Origin: an uncultured Planctomycetaceae bacterium
GTDB lineage: Bacteria > Planctomycetota > Phycisphaerae > SM23-33
Direction of reading: 5' to 3'
DNA: 64,000 nt
NCBI GenBank assembly: GCA_964531695.1
Contig: CAZHEH010000004.1
Span: 68,232-132,231 of the forward strand
The notes below the pieces were generated by a model. It was not told where the DNA came from. It saw nothing but the letters and a program-made list of their open reading frames with translations, and did not search any database. Both the position numbers and the translations under genes were made by a program. Every line of letters begins with the position of its first letter. The stretch's first letter is position 1. This document shows positions 48,200-58,731 of this stretch, piece by piece.

Positions 48200-49315
48200 T
48201 CAGGCGATTCCTTTAGAACCGGCAAGCCAGCCCGCCACGTCCGCCGCGGCCTCGGCCGGCCCCGCGCCGCCCGCCGCCTCTCGCATACGGCTGACCGCGG
48301 CGTCGTCATCCAGCAGCGGGAGGACGACCTTTCGGAGTCGCTCGGCGTTTACGCGTGCGTCAATGGCGTCCTCGCACAGAACGGCCGCCCCGGCCGCCAC
48401 GAGCTCGGCCGCATTGTGGCGCTGCTGCTGATCTCGATGGTACGGATATGGCATGATGACGGCCGGCGTGCCGTTCGCCGACAGCTCCGCCACGGTCACC
48501 GCCCCGCCGCGGCAGAGCACCAGGTCGGCCGCCGCGTAGCCAAGGTCCATCCGCCGGCAATAGTCTATCAGCCGGACCGCGGAGCCGGGATAGCCGCCCG
48601 GCAGCCCGGCACGCTCCGGACCGGCCACATGCAGCACCTGCCAGCGATCCGACCGCCGGGCCAACTCGTCGCCCAGCGCTGCCACGGCCGCGTTGACCGT
48701 CGCCGCCCCGCTGCTGCCTCCGAACACCACCAGCGTCCGCCGCCCGGCATCCAGCCCGAAGTGGTGCATCGCCTCGTCGCGGGTACCCGTTGCGATCTCG
48801 CGACGCACCGGGCAGCCCACCACTTGCACCCGTTGCCGAACCGGTCCGGGCAGGTACTCCGCCACTGACTCGAATTGGGCGAAGAGCACTTGCGCGTGCC
48901 GAGCGAGATAGCGGTTCGCCTTGCCGGGGACGGCGTCCGGGTTGAGCAACCCGCGGCGGATGCCCCGCCGGGCGGCCTCGCGCACGACCGGCCCGGCCGC
49001 GAAGCCGCCGAGCCCCAGCACGGCCGACGGCTTGAGGTCGCCGAGCATCTGGCGGGCCAGCCGCCGCGATGCGCTCCACGCCCGCAAGAAAGCGGGTACG
49101 TCGCCGGGGCGGCGCGGCAGCGGCCGCACCGGCTGCTCGACAGTCGCCACGTCCGGGATCGGCCCGAGAATCCGCCGGTCGAGGGGGCGATCCGAGCAGG
49201 CGAAGACGATCTTGGCCTGTGGCTCCCGCCGGCGCAGCTCCTCGGCCACGGCCAGGCCGGGGTACAGGTGCCCGCCCGTGCCACCGCCGGCGAGGATGTA
49301 GAGCTTGCCCGTCAT
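48200..49315 (-). CDS. murG: MurG glycosyltransferase
   Basis: GGGTGGHLYP, GGSSGA and CRGGAVTVAE. Confidence 0.95.
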   Translation of the reverse strand: MTGKLYILAGGGTGGHLYPGLAVAEELRRREPQAKIVFACSDRPLDRRILGPIPDVATVEQPVRPLPRRPGDVPAFLRAWSASRRLARQMLGDLKPSAVLGLGGFAAGPVVREAARRGIRRGLLNPDAVPGKANRYLARHAQVLFAQFESVAEYLPGPVRQRVQVVGCPVRREIATGTRDEAMHHFGLDAGRRTLVVFGGSSGAATVNAAVAALGDELARRSDRWQVLHVAGPERAGLPGGYPGSAVRLIDYCRRMDLGYAAADLVLCRGGAVTVAELSANGTPAVIMPYPYHRDQQQRHNAAELVAAGAAVLCEDAIDARVNAERLRKVVLPLLDDDAAVSRMREAAGGAGPAEAAADVAGWLAGSKGIA

Positions 49316-49355
49316 CGCTTGAAGCTTACCGCTCGTGGCACCGAACCGCGACCGC

Positions 49356-50570
49356 TCAGGTCGTCGGGCACGCCAGTTCCTCCGGCGAATCGTCGGCGCG
49401 CGCCGGCGAGCGCTGCTTGGCCGGGTCGGGCGCCTCGTGCGGGCCGTGAGCCGTCACCGAGACCATCAGCCCGACCGCCGCCGCCATGATGACCAGGGCC
49501 GTGCCTCCGGCCGAGATGAACGGGAAGCTCATGCCCGTCGGCGGCAGGATGACCAGGCCCACTGCGATGTGCAGAAGCGCCTGGGACGCAATGACGAACC
49601 CCAGCGCCCCCGCTAGGATTCGGCCCATCGGATCCTGCGACCGCACGGCCGCCCGGCGGGCGGAGATGATCCACAGCCCCACCACGCCGAACAGCAGCAT
49701 GGCCCCCAGGAAGCCCCATTCCTCGCAAAAGACCGAGAAGATGAAGTCCGTCGACCGTTCGGGCAGGAAGAACTTCTGCATGCCCTCGCCGAGTCCCTTG
49801 CCGGTCCAGCCGCCTTCGAGAATGCCCGTCAGCGACTGCCGCGGCTGGTACGACGTGGCGTTGGCGGTCGACCACGGATCGAACATCGCGGCGATGCGGT
49901 TCCAGCGGTACGGCACCCGCACCACCAGCGCGTAGAAGCCGACCGCGCCCGCACCGGCCAGGGCAAAGAGGTAATACAGCGGGACGCCTGCCAGCAGCAT
50001 CGTCACGCCCGCGGCCGCGACGATCACGGCGGCCGTGCCGAAATCCTCCGTCACGATCGGCGTCAACGCGGCTCCAATGGCCAGCAGACCCACGAAGAAC
50101 GTCTTGGGCGACTTCGGGTCCGCGCCCGGTCGGCCGAACCATGCCGCCAGGAACACGATCAGCGCCAGTTTGATGACCTCGGACGGCTGGAAGCCGATGG
50201 CGTACTGCTCCGGGCCGACCTGCACCCATCGCCGGTAGCCGCCGACGGCCTTACCGAGCGGCGTGAACACGAGGAATCCGCACGCGACGGCCGCGGCCAG
50301 CAGCGCAAGCGCGGCTATCGGCGTGCGCTGCCCCCAGAGCAGCTTGCGGTAATCCAGCCGCCAGGCGACGAGCATCACCAGCAGCGCCAGCCCGGCGAAG
50401 AGCGTGTGGCGAATCTCCCTGCGGGCATACCACGGGGGCAGGTCGTCAGTCGACACGACGGCGCTGTGGACCAACACGACGCCGAGGGCCAGCAGAGCCA
50501 GTGTCGCCAGCATCAGCGCCTGACCGGTTCCGTTGTGTCGGAGCGGCAGCGTGCGTTCGGGTTCGGGCAT
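49356..50570 (-). CDS. ftsW: SEDS protein FtsW
   Basis: GFQPSEVIK, FLPERSTDFIF, PTGMSFPFISAGG. Confidence 0.9.
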   Translation of the reverse strand: MPEPERTLPLRHNGTGQALMLATLALLALGVVLVHSAVVSTDDLPPWYARREIRHTLFAGLALLVMLVAWRLDYRKLLWGQRTPIAALALLAAAVACGFLVFTPLGKAVGGYRRWVQVGPEQYAIGFQPSEVIKLALIVFLAAWFGRPGADPKSPKTFFVGLLAIGAALTPIVTEDFGTAAVIVAAAGVTMLLAGVPLYYLFALAGAGAVGFYALVVRVPYRWNRIAAMFDPWSTANATSYQPRQSLTGILEGGWTGKGLGEGMQKFFLPERSTDFIFSVFCEEWGFLGAMLLFGVVGLWIISARRAAVRSQDPMGRILAGALGFVIASQALLHIAVGLVILPPTGMSFPFISAGGTALVIMAAAVGLMVSVTAHGPHEAPDPAKQRSPARADDSPEELACPTT

Positions 50571-50618
50571 CCTTGCCTCGCGATCCACTTTGACCGTGCG
50601 GCCACGTATGTGTCTTCG

Positions 50619-51716
50619 TCACCTCAGCTTCAGCGTCGCCAGCGCCAGCGCCGCGCAGATCATCCCCAGCAGCCAGAAGCGGACGACGACCTTCGTCTCC
50701 GCCCATCCGCCGAGGTGGAAATGATGGTGCACCGGCGCGCAGCGGAACAGCCGCTTGCCCTCCATGCCGCCGGGCCCCTTGGTCAGCTTGAAGTAGCCGA
50801 TCTGCAGCAGCACGCTCACCGCCTCCATCACGAACACGCCGCCGGCGATCAGCAGCAGCAGTTCCTGGCGCGTCACCAGCGCGATGTAGGCGACGATGCC
50901 CCCCAGTGGCAGCGAGCCCGTGTCGCCCATGAACACGTGCGCGGGCGGGGCGTTGTACCACAGGAAGCCCAGCGACGAGCCGAGCAGCGCGGCGCAGATG
51001 ACGGCCATCTCGCGGGCCTCGGGCCCGACCAGCGGCATGTGCGTCGCCGCGGCCCAGTCGGCCGTGCCGACCGTCCAGGTCAGCATCATCAGCACGCCCG
51101 CGACGATGGCCACGCAGCCGGAGGCCAGCCCGTCCATGCCGTCGGTCAGGTTCACCGCGTTGGTCGAGCCGACCAGCGTCAACACCATGATGATGACGTA
51201 GGCGAACATCGGCAGGTAGATGTGACCCCGCCAGAACGGGAAGTAGAGCTGCTTGGCCGGCTCGAGGTACTGTCCGTACGAGCGGGTGAACACGGCCAGC
51301 AATACGGCCAGTCCGATCTGGAAGACCAGCTTCTCCCACATCTTCAGCCCGTCGCGCGAACCCGTGCCGGCGGAGTACCGGAGCTTGAGCCAGTCGTCCA
51401 CCGCCCCGAGGCCGCCAAGCCAGATCAGCGCGACCATGCTCATGCGAATGTAGCCGTTGCCGAGGTCGCCGAAGATCAGCGTCGCGGCGAAGATCGCGAT
51501 GACGATCAGGATGCCGCCCATCGTCGGCGTGTTGGACTTGTAGCGGCTGAGCCGGTTGAGGTCCGCGTGATCGAACTCCGGGCGGTCGCCCAGCTTGCGC
51601 TTGACCAAGAAGCGGATCATCCGCGGGCCGAGGATCAGCACGATCAGGAAACTCGCCACCGCCGAGCCGGAGGCCCGCAGAAGTAGACTCTCTCCGCCCA
51701 GCAAGCTGTGAATCAC
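50619..51716 (-). CDS. mraY: Phospho-MurNAc-pentapeptide transferase
   Basis: TPTMGG, NAVNLTDGMDGLA, FMGDTGSL and APVHHHF. Confidence 0.97.
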   Translation of the reverse strand: MIHSLLGGESLLLRASGSAVASFLIVLILGPRMIRFLVKRKLGDRPEFDHADLNRLSRYKSNTPTMGGILIVIAIFAATLIFGDLGNGYIRMSMVALIWLGGLGAVDDWLKLRYSAGTGSRDGLKMWEKLVFQIGLAVLLAVFTRSYGQYLEPAKQLYFPFWRGHIYLPMFAYVIIMVLTLVGSTNAVNLTDGMDGLASGCVAIVAGVLMMLTWTVGTADWAAATHMPLVGPEAREMAVICAALLGSSLGFLWYNAPPAHVFMGDTGSLPLGGIVAYIALVTRQELLLLIAGGVFVMEAVSVLLQIGYFKLTKGPGGMEGKRLFRCAPVHHHFHLGGWAETKVVVRFWLLGMICAALALATLKLR

Positions 51717-53161
51717 CGCGTCCCGTCCTTGGCCGGATCCGGTCCGGCCGGCTTCTCATCCTTCGCCCGCGCGTCGCAGACGGCCTGCACCACGCGCTCC
51801 ATCGCCATGCCGCGCGAGCCCTTGACCAACACCGCGTCCCCCTGCCGCAGGCGCGCGGGCAGTTCGCGCGCCAGCGCCGTCACCTCGTCGATGCATTCGG
51901 CGGCCGCGCCGGCATCCTTCGCCCCCTCCGCGATATATCGACCCAGCGCGCCGACGCCGATGAGCAAATCGACGCCCCGGCCGGCCGCCTCGCGACCCGC
52001 CTGGCGGTGCAGTTCCTTGGCGCGGTCGCCCAGCTCCAGCATGTCGCCCAGCACGGCGATCCGGCGCGACGCGGGCGTCTCGGCCAAGACCTCAAGCGCC
52101 GCCGCTACGCTGGCCGGGTTGGCGTTGTACGCGTCGTTGATGATCGCAACGCCCTCATGGGACATGCTCTGAAGCCGCATCGGCACGCCCGGGAAGTCCG
52201 CCAGCGCCGCGGCCGCCGCATCCTGGGTGAGCCCGAATCGCTGCACGGCGGCGATCGCCGCCAGCGCGTTCAGGGCGTTGTGCTCGCCGGGAACCGGCAG
52301 GTCGGCCCACAGGCGGTCGTTGATCTGGATCCGCTGCCCGTTCGGGCTGGGCTCGCGGCCCGTCAGGCGGAGGTCCACGTGCTCGGAGCGGCCGAACCGG
52401 ACCAGCCGCCGCCCCGTTCCGTTCGTCGCCGGATCCAGCGCCAGCCCCGCGGCCCGGCGCAACGGCTCGGCGTCGCCCAGCAGGATACCCATGCCGCCGG
52501 GCACCAGGCAGCTCAGCAGCGATGCCTTCTCGACGGCGACGCGGTCTACGTTGCCCAGCTTCTCCGTGTGTGCGGCCGCGACGGAGGTGACCACCGCCAC
52601 GTGCGGACGGATGAGCGAGCCCAGCGCCGCGATTTCCCCCGGGGCGCTCGTGCCGACCTCGCAGATCACATAGTCGTCGCCCGGCTCGACGCTCAGCAGC
52701 GTCATCGGCACGCCGATGTCGTTGTTGAAGCTCTTCGGCGAGCAGCGGCCGGCGAGATGCTTGCCCAAGACGTGGTCGATCATCCGCTTGACGGTCGTCT
52801 TGCCGTTTGAGCCGGTCACCGCCACCACCGTGGCCGACGTCATCTCCCGGTAGTACGAGGCCAGTTCCCCCAGCGCCCGGCGGGTGTCCGGCACAACCAG
52901 CAGCCCCATCGGGCCCTCTTCGGGCAGTGAAGCGAGTTGGTCCGCGTCCCGAGCCACGACGGCCGCGACGCAGCCCGCCTCCTCCGCTCGGGCGAGGTAG
53001 TCGTGCCCGTCGAAACGCTCGCCGCGCAGCGCGAAGTACACCTCGCCCCCAGTCGCGGTGCGCGTGTCCGTGCTCACGTCGCGAACGGAGCCCTCGCTCG
53101 GCGGGCGCAGCCACCGACCCCGGAGCGCCTCGCGGATTTCCTCGGCCGTAAGCGGCTTCAC
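51713..53161 (-). CDS. murF: MurF ligase
   Basis: TGSNGKTT, SFNNDIGVP, DAYNANPAS and VLGDMLELG; GTG start overlaps the murE stop. Confidence 0.94.
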   Translation of the reverse strand: MKPLTAEEIREALRGRWLRPPSEGSVRDVSTDTRTATGGEVYFALRGERFDGHDYLARAEEAGCVAAVVARDADQLASLPEEGPMGLLVVPDTRRALGELASYYREMTSATVVAVTGSNGKTTVKRMIDHVLGKHLAGRCSPKSFNNDIGVPMTLLSVEPGDDYVICEVGTSAPGEIAALGSLIRPHVAVVTSVAAAHTEKLGNVDRVAVEKASLLSCLVPGGMGILLGDAEPLRRAAGLALDPATNGTGRRLVRFGRSEHVDLRLTGREPSPNGQRIQINDRLWADLPVPGEHNALNALAAIAAVQRFGLTQDAAAAALADFPGVPMRLQSMSHEGVAIINDAYNANPASVAAALEVLAETPASRRIAVLGDMLELGDRAKELHRQAGREAAGRGVDLLIGVGALGRYIAEGAKDAGAAAECIDEVTALARELPARLRQGDAVLVKGSRGMAMERVVQAVCDARAKDEKPAGPDPAKDGTR

Positions 53162-54627
53162 GGAAGCACCCCCGCGCTGCGCAGCGCCGCGGCGGCGACT
53201 TCCATGTCGTCGAAATGTACGCGCCGAGAGCCGATCTGCTGGTACGTCTCGTGGCCCTTGCCGGCGATGAGGATGACGTCGCCGGCTTCCGCCTCCGCAA
53301 CGGCACGCCCGATGGCCGTGCGACGGTCCGGCTCGACGGTGGCGCGAGACCGGCCGGATTCGGTCAGCCCGGCCACGATTTCCTCGATGATCGCCTGTGG
53401 ATCTTCGCTGCGGGGGTTGTCCGAGGTGATCCACAGTCGGTCGGCCATGTCTTGGGCGATGCGGGCCATGCGCGGCCGCTTGGCGCGGTCGCGGTCGCCC
53501 CCGCACCCGAACACGAGGATCAGCCGGCGATGCTCGATGGGCTGCAAGGCGGCTAGAACGTTTTGCAGGGCGTCATCCGTGTGGGCGTAGTCGACGAACA
53601 CCTGGAACGGCGCCTCCGCCGCCACCCGGGCCAGCCGGCCCGGCACGGCCGCCACGCCGGACAGCGCCTCGGCGATCTCCGGCAACCCCACGCCGAGCCC
53701 GCGGCATGCGGCCGCCGCGGCCAGGCAGTTCAGCACGTTGTGCCGGCCGATCAGGGGCGTCGCCACGCCGACCTCGGATTCCCCGTCCCGCAGCAGGAGT
53801 CGCGAGCCGGTGGCATCGATCTCGTCGATTCGGGCCCACACGTCGGCCGCCGAACTCAGCCCGAACCAGCACACCCGAGCGCTCGTCGCTGCCGCCATCG
53901 TCTCGCCGGCGGGGTCGTCCCGATTGATCACGGCCACGGCGCTCGCCGGCAGGTCCTCGAACAGCCGCCGCTTGGCGGCCGCGTAGGCGTCCATCGTGCC
54001 GTGGTAGTCCAGGTGATCGCCCGAGAGGTTGGTGAACACGCCCGCGGCAAAGGCCACCCCGGCCGTGCGGCGCTGGTCGAGCGCGTGCGAGGACGTTTCC
54101 ATCACGAGGTGCGTCCGCCCCGCTTCGACCATCTCCGCCGTCAGCTCCGCGAGCTCAACGGGGCCCGGTGTGGTATTGGTCGCGGGGGCGGCCTGTCCGC
54201 CCGTCTCGTACGCGATGGTGCCCAGCAGCCCCGGCAGGTGCCCCGCGTGGGCGAGCACAGCCCGAATCAGATGGGCGACGGTCGTCTTGCCGTTCGTGCC
54301 GGTCACCGCGACGCAGGTCAGCTTGCGCGCCGGCCAGCCGCGGACGGCCTGGGCCAGCGGCCCGGCCGCCTGCCGGGTGTCGGCCACGCTCGCGAACGGC
54401 ACGCCCTCGGGAACGCCCGCCGCGTCCTCGCACACGATACAAGCAACACCGGCCTCCACGGCTTGGGGGATGAAGGCATGGCCGTCCCGCACCGGACCGC
54501 GCACGGCCACGAAGCACGTGCCCGGCGCGCAACGGCGCGAGTCGGTGTGCACGTCGGTCACGTCGGCGTCATGCCCACGGCGGCGGCATGCGACGCCCGC
54601 TTCTGTCAGCAGTTCGGAGAACCTCAT
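53158..54627 (-). CDS. murE: MurE ligase (meso-DAP-type DNPR motif)
   Basis: TGTNGKTT, DYAHT, DNPRSE and AGKGHETYQ. Confidence 0.96.
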   Translation of the reverse strand: MRFSELLTEAGVACRRRGHDADVTDVHTDSRRCAPGTCFVAVRGPVRDGHAFIPQAVEAGVACIVCEDAAGVPEGVPFASVADTRQAAGPLAQAVRGWPARKLTCVAVTGTNGKTTVAHLIRAVLAHAGHLPGLLGTIAYETGGQAAPATNTTPGPVELAELTAEMVEAGRTHLVMETSSHALDQRRTAGVAFAAGVFTNLSGDHLDYHGTMDAYAAAKRRLFEDLPASAVAVINRDDPAGETMAAATSARVCWFGLSSAADVWARIDEIDATGSRLLLRDGESEVGVATPLIGRHNVLNCLAAAAACRGLGVGLPEIAEALSGVAAVPGRLARVAAEAPFQVFVDYAHTDDALQNVLAALQPIEHRRLILVFGCGGDRDRAKRPRMARIAQDMADRLWITSDNPRSEDPQAIIEEIVAGLTESGRSRATVEPDRRTAIGRAVAEAEAGDVILIAGKGHETYQQIGSRRVHFDDMEVAAAALRSAGVLP

Positions 54628-54709
54628 CGTCCATGTCGGCGCCCGCCCGCAGGCGCAGTATAGCGTATCGCACGCGCCGGGATGCAGTCACCGCAATCCG
54701 GCCGCCACG

Positions 54710-56485
54710 CTAGCGATGGGCCACGGCGCTCGGGCCCCGCCGGGACGGACGCGGGCAGAGCGTCCGGTCGCCGGGCACCTCCAGGTAGGTCAGCGACCGT
54801 TCCAGCACGTCACGAACGTACGGCGCCGCCACCTTCGATCCGTAGTAGCCCTTGTCCGGATCGGGCCAGTAAACGCTGATGACGCACAGCAGTCGCGGCC
54901 GGTCGACCGGCGCCGCCCCGACGAAGCTGGCGGTGTAGGCCCCATCCACGTATCCGCCGGGGCCCGGAATCTGGGCCGTGCCGGTCTTGCCCATGCTGGT
55001 CCACCGCGACATGCGGCAGCTTTTGCCGGTACCGCGCTCGACGACCTGGCCCAGCACGCGGCGGGTCTGGGCCGAGGTCCGCTCGCTGAGGACTCGCGCG
55101 ACGACCTCGCGTTGCCCGGCACGGACGATCTCGCCGTCCGGACCGCGGATGTGGTCCACGAGGCGCGGGCGGAGCAGCTCGCCGCCGTTGATGAGCGCCG
55201 CGTACGCCATCGCGAGCTGAAGCGACGTGACGGACATCTCCTGGCCGAACGGGATGCGCGGCGTGCTGTAGCCGTTCCACTTCTCCAGGTCGCGGAGGAT
55301 GCCCGCGTCCTCGCCCGGCAGCTCGATGCCGGTCTGCCGCCCGAGCCCGAAGCGCGACGCCACCGCGTACAGCCGCGAGTTTCCCAACAGCAGGCCGATC
55401 TTGGCCATGCCGATGTTGCTGGAGTAGACGACGATGTCCTCCACGCTCAGGTGGTCGTACCGCTTGCCGTGGTCCCGGATCGTCCCGCCGCGGGGCACCC
55501 GGAAGACGCCCTGTTCGCAGTAGATCTCGCTGCCGTAGCGGACAAGCCCGGCCTGCACCGCGGCGGCGGCGAATACCGGCTTCATCACGCTGCCCGGCTC
55601 GAACGGCATGCTGATCGCCCGGTTCACCGCCCGCGGCAGGTCCTCGGCGCGGAAACGGCCCGGATCGAAGCTTGGCGCCGAGCACATCGCCAGGATCTTG
55701 CCGGTCGACGGATCGACGACGACGCCGGCCGCCCAGGTCTTACCCGGCAGGCCGTAGGTGGCGACGCTCTCATGCACCGCCTCCTCCAGATACCGCTGGA
55801 TCTCCGTGTCCAGGCACAGATACACGCTGCTGCCGTCGCGCGGCAGGGTGCATTGGTCCCCGAGCGGGTACACCGGCCTTCGGCGTGAATCGGCCAGCAC
55901 GACCCGGCGCCCGTCCTCGTGCCGCAGGTAGGGCTCCATGGCCAGCTCCAGCCCGCCGCCGCCCCTTCCGTCGCGCCGACGGAAGCCCAGTACAGTCGCG
56001 GCCAGCGGGCCGTTGGGGTAGTAGCGACGCCACTCCTCGGTGATGCCCACGGCCCGCAGGTCGAGCCCCTCGACGGCCTCCCGCTCGGGCTCGCCGATTT
56101 CGCGCTTCAGCCACACGAAACGCTTGTCCCGCCGTGCGAGCAGGTCGTCCATCACCTCTCGCGGCGCCCGACCCAGCGCGCGGGCCACGCCCAGCGCCGC
56201 GGCGGGCAGTTCCCCGTCGGGGATGATGGCGGGATCGGCGAAACAGCTCGGCACTCGCTCGCTGCCGGCCATCACGACGTACGAGCCGCGGGTGCGAGCG
56301 AAAATGTGCCCCGGCCGCGCCGGCATGTGGAAGACTCGCCGCTGCTGGCGGCGCGCCAACTCCGCGGCTCGCGGTCGCTCATCCCGCATCAGCAAGCTCA
56401 GTCGGGCCACCATCAGCCCCAGCGCGACGAGCAATAGCCCGAAGACCAGATTGTATCGCCAGGTGCCCGGCGGCCTCTTGCTCAT
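54710..56485 (-). CDS. ftsI: Class B penicillin-binding protein FtsI
   Basis: SxxK (PGSVMK), SxN (SSN) and KTG; N-terminal TM. Confidence 0.92.
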   Translation of the reverse strand: MSKRPPGTWRYNLVFGLLLVALGLMVARLSLLMRDERPRAAELARRQQRRVFHMPARPGHIFARTRGSYVVMAGSERVPSCFADPAIIPDGELPAAALGVARALGRAPREVMDDLLARRDKRFVWLKREIGEPEREAVEGLDLRAVGITEEWRRYYPNGPLAATVLGFRRRDGRGGGGLELAMEPYLRHEDGRRVVLADSRRRPVYPLGDQCTLPRDGSSVYLCLDTEIQRYLEEAVHESVATYGLPGKTWAAGVVVDPSTGKILAMCSAPSFDPGRFRAEDLPRAVNRAISMPFEPGSVMKPVFAAAAVQAGLVRYGSEIYCEQGVFRVPRGGTIRDHGKRYDHLSVEDIVVYSSNIGMAKIGLLLGNSRLYAVASRFGLGRQTGIELPGEDAGILRDLEKWNGYSTPRIPFGQEMSVTSLQLAMAYAALINGGELLRPRLVDHIRGPDGEIVRAGQREVVARVLSERTSAQTRRVLGQVVERGTGKSCRMSRWTSMGKTGTAQIPGPGGYVDGAYTASFVGAAPVDRPRLLCVISVYWPDPDKGYYGSKVAAPYVRDVLERSLTYLEVPGDRTLCPRPSRRGPSAVAHR

Positions 56486-56766
56486 CGTGCCCTCGCGCCT
56501 CCCTCCTCCGGCCGGCAGACGACCTGATACTGAGCGTCGCCCCGCGGCACCCATTCGACGCCCATCGCCCAGGCCCGGCGGCGCACCTCCTCGACGGCGA
56601 CCTGACGCCGAATCCGCGCCTCGTACCGCCAGATTTCCGGGCGGATCGCCCGGCGGCGCATTTCCAGCCGTTGGAACTCCTGCCGATAGCGCAGCTCCTG
56701 CCGCCGCAGGCCCACGAGGGCCACCGCGATGCCCGTCAACGCCAGGATGACAACGGCGATTCGCAT
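56482..56766 (-). CDS. FtsL-like protein
   Basis: TM followed by a coiled coil, immediately upstream of ftsI. Confidence 0.55.
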   Translation of the reverse strand: MRIAVVILALTGIAVALVGLRRQELRYRQEFQRLEMRRRAIRPEIWRYEARIRRQVAVEEVRRRAWAMGVEWVPRGDAQYQVVCRPEEGGARAR

Positions 56767-56947
56767 GATTGGCTACACTTCGGCCGATTCCCTTTCACCG
56801 GCAAGGACGCCCACTTCGCCCGGCCCGTTGCCGGAGACCCGCCCGAATGGACGCCTGGAGACGGCTCCAAGCGGTTCGGGCTCTTCGGACTTCAGGCAGT
56901 AGGGGCTGCCCGCCGCCCTGTCCTGCTCCTCTGTGGTTGTTGCGTCC

Positions 56948-57745
56948 TCAGTGACGAATCCGTCCGTCAGGAATTCGCAGCTTCATGCCCGGCGATACGA
57001 CGTCCGGGTCGGAGATCACATCCTGATTGGCCTCGTAGAGCCGTCGCACGGCCGAGCGGCTGCCGTCGTTCATCTGCTCCCGTGCGATCCGGGTCAGCGT
57101 ATCGCCCGACCGGACGGTGTACGTCCGCGGCTGCGGACGGGAGCGGCCCGACAGGTCCATCGTGCTGCCACCCGGCGAGTCGCGCCGCGGTGCGGTGCCG
57201 GTGGCGCGGGTTGCCGGTCGAGGGGCCGGCTCGCCGCCGGGGATCACCAACACCTGGCCCACGCGCAGGACGTTCGGGTCCGGCACGACGTCCGCGTTCG
57301 CCTCATGCAGCCGGCGTACCGCGGCCCTGCTGTCGTCGCCCATCTTGGTGCGGGCAATGCTCGTGAGCGTATCGCCCGGACCGACGGTGTAGGTTTGCCG
57401 CTCCCGAATTCGGGCGCGCCGCGTGTGTGCGACCGGCCGCGAGCGCTCCGGCCGTGCTCGCGCCGGCGTTGCCCGTTCTCGGCTCGGCCGCTCGGTCGCG
57501 GCCGGCCGCGTTTCACGCTCCCGGCGCGTCGCCGCCAGAGGCCTCGGCTCCTCCCGGTGTGCCCGGCGGGCGAGGGATTCCGGCCCTCCGCCGTTATCCG
57601 CGGGCTTGTCCGCTTGGGCCTGCGGATCGGACGCCTGGCTCGCCTGAGGCGGGCCGCCGGAACGCATCAACTCCGTCAGCACCAGCCCAAACATGATGAT
57701 GAACGCCAGTCCTACCAGCAGTCCGATCCGCGCTTGCCTCGTCAT
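56948..57745 (-). CDS. Membrane-anchored tandem LysM protein
   Basis: N-terminal TM; two YTV..GDTLT.IA...N.D....P..L..G..L.IP LysM repeats. Confidence 0.9.
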   Translation of the reverse strand: MTRQARIGLLVGLAFIIMFGLVLTELMRSGGPPQASQASDPQAQADKPADNGGGPESLARRAHREEPRPLAATRRERETRPAATERPSRERATPARARPERSRPVAHTRRARIRERQTYTVGPGDTLTSIARTKMGDDSRAAVRRLHEANADVVPDPNVLRVGQVLVIPGGEPAPRPATRATGTAPRRDSPGGSTMDLSGRSRPQPRTYTVRSGDTLTRIAREQMNDGSRSAVRRLYEANQDVISDPDVVSPGMKLRIPDGRIRH

Positions 57746-57808
57746 GGCCGTTCTCCGTCCGTGTCTTCGGTCCCGCCGGCCCCCCCGTGGCCGGCAGGAC
57801 GCTGTCAG

Positions 57809-58714
57809 TCATCCGATCCATCGGATTCCGCGAAGCTTGGCCGAGCGGCTCCGCGGGTTCCGCCGCGATTCCGCCTCACTGGCCGTTATCGGCTTTCGGG
57901 TCAGCACTTCCGCACGCTGTTCGGCCGCCCAAGCCCGGAAGGCCCGCTTGACCGGCCGATCCTCGAGCGAGTGGAAGCCGATGACCGCCGCCCGTGCGCC
58001 CGTCGCCAGCACGTCCGGCAGGGCCGCCAGCAGCCGTTCCAGCGAGCCCAGCTCGTCATTCACGGCGATCCGCAGCGCCTGGAACGTCCGGGTCGCCGGA
58101 TGCACGCCCCTGCGACGCCGTCGCACGGGCGCCGGCAACGCCCCGACCACGATCTCCGCGAGCATGCCGGTCCGCTCGACCCGCCGGCCGCGGCGGGCGT
58201 GAACGATCGCCCGTGCGATCCGCCGGCTGTACCGCTCTTGGCCGTAACGGTAGATCAGATCGGCCAGGTCCGTCTCGCGGAGCTCGTTGACGAGGTCGGC
58301 GGCAGTCCGGCCCCGGCCCGTGTCCATCCGCATATCCAGCGGGCCGTCGGCGGCGAAGCTGAAGCCGCGCCCCGGGTCATCGAGCTGCGTGCTGGCCACA
58401 CCCAGGTCCGCCAGCAGAACGTCGGCCGCGTTCGCCTCCGCCTGTTCCAGCACCTGGGCGACATCGGCAAAGTCGGCATGGAACAGGCGGACGCGTGGGG
58501 CGAAGGGCGCCAACCGTTGCTTGGCTCGGGCGAGGTTCGCCTCGTCCCGGTCGATGCCGATCAGCCGAAGGTCGGGTCCGCCGCGCGACAGAAGGTCCGC
58601 GGCGTGCCCGCCGAGGCCGACCGTGCAGTCGACGATCCGCTCCCCGGCCGCAGGCGAGAGCAACTCCGCCACTTCGTCCCGCAGCACAGGGGTATGGCCA
58701 GCGAAGCGGTCCAT
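57809..58714 (-). CDS. rsmH: 16S rRNA m4C1402 methyltransferase RsmH
   Basis: HTPVL, DCTVGLGGH, PLDMRM, HPATRTFQALRIAVN and SRSAKLR. Confidence 0.97.
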   Translation of the reverse strand: MDRFAGHTPVLRDEVAELLSPAAGERIVDCTVGLGGHAADLLSRGGPDLRLIGIDRDEANLARAKQRLAPFAPRVRLFHADFADVAQVLEQAEANAADVLLADLGVASTQLDDPGRGFSFAADGPLDMRMDTGRGRTAADLVNELRETDLADLIYRYGQERYSRRIARAIVHARRGRRVERTGMLAEIVVGALPAPVRRRRRGVHPATRTFQALRIAVNDELGSLERLLAALPDVLATGARAAVIGFHSLEDRPVKRAFRAWAAEQRAEVLTRKPITASEAESRRNPRSRSAKLRGIRWIG

Positions 58715-58731
58715 CGCCGCGCTGGCCAGCA

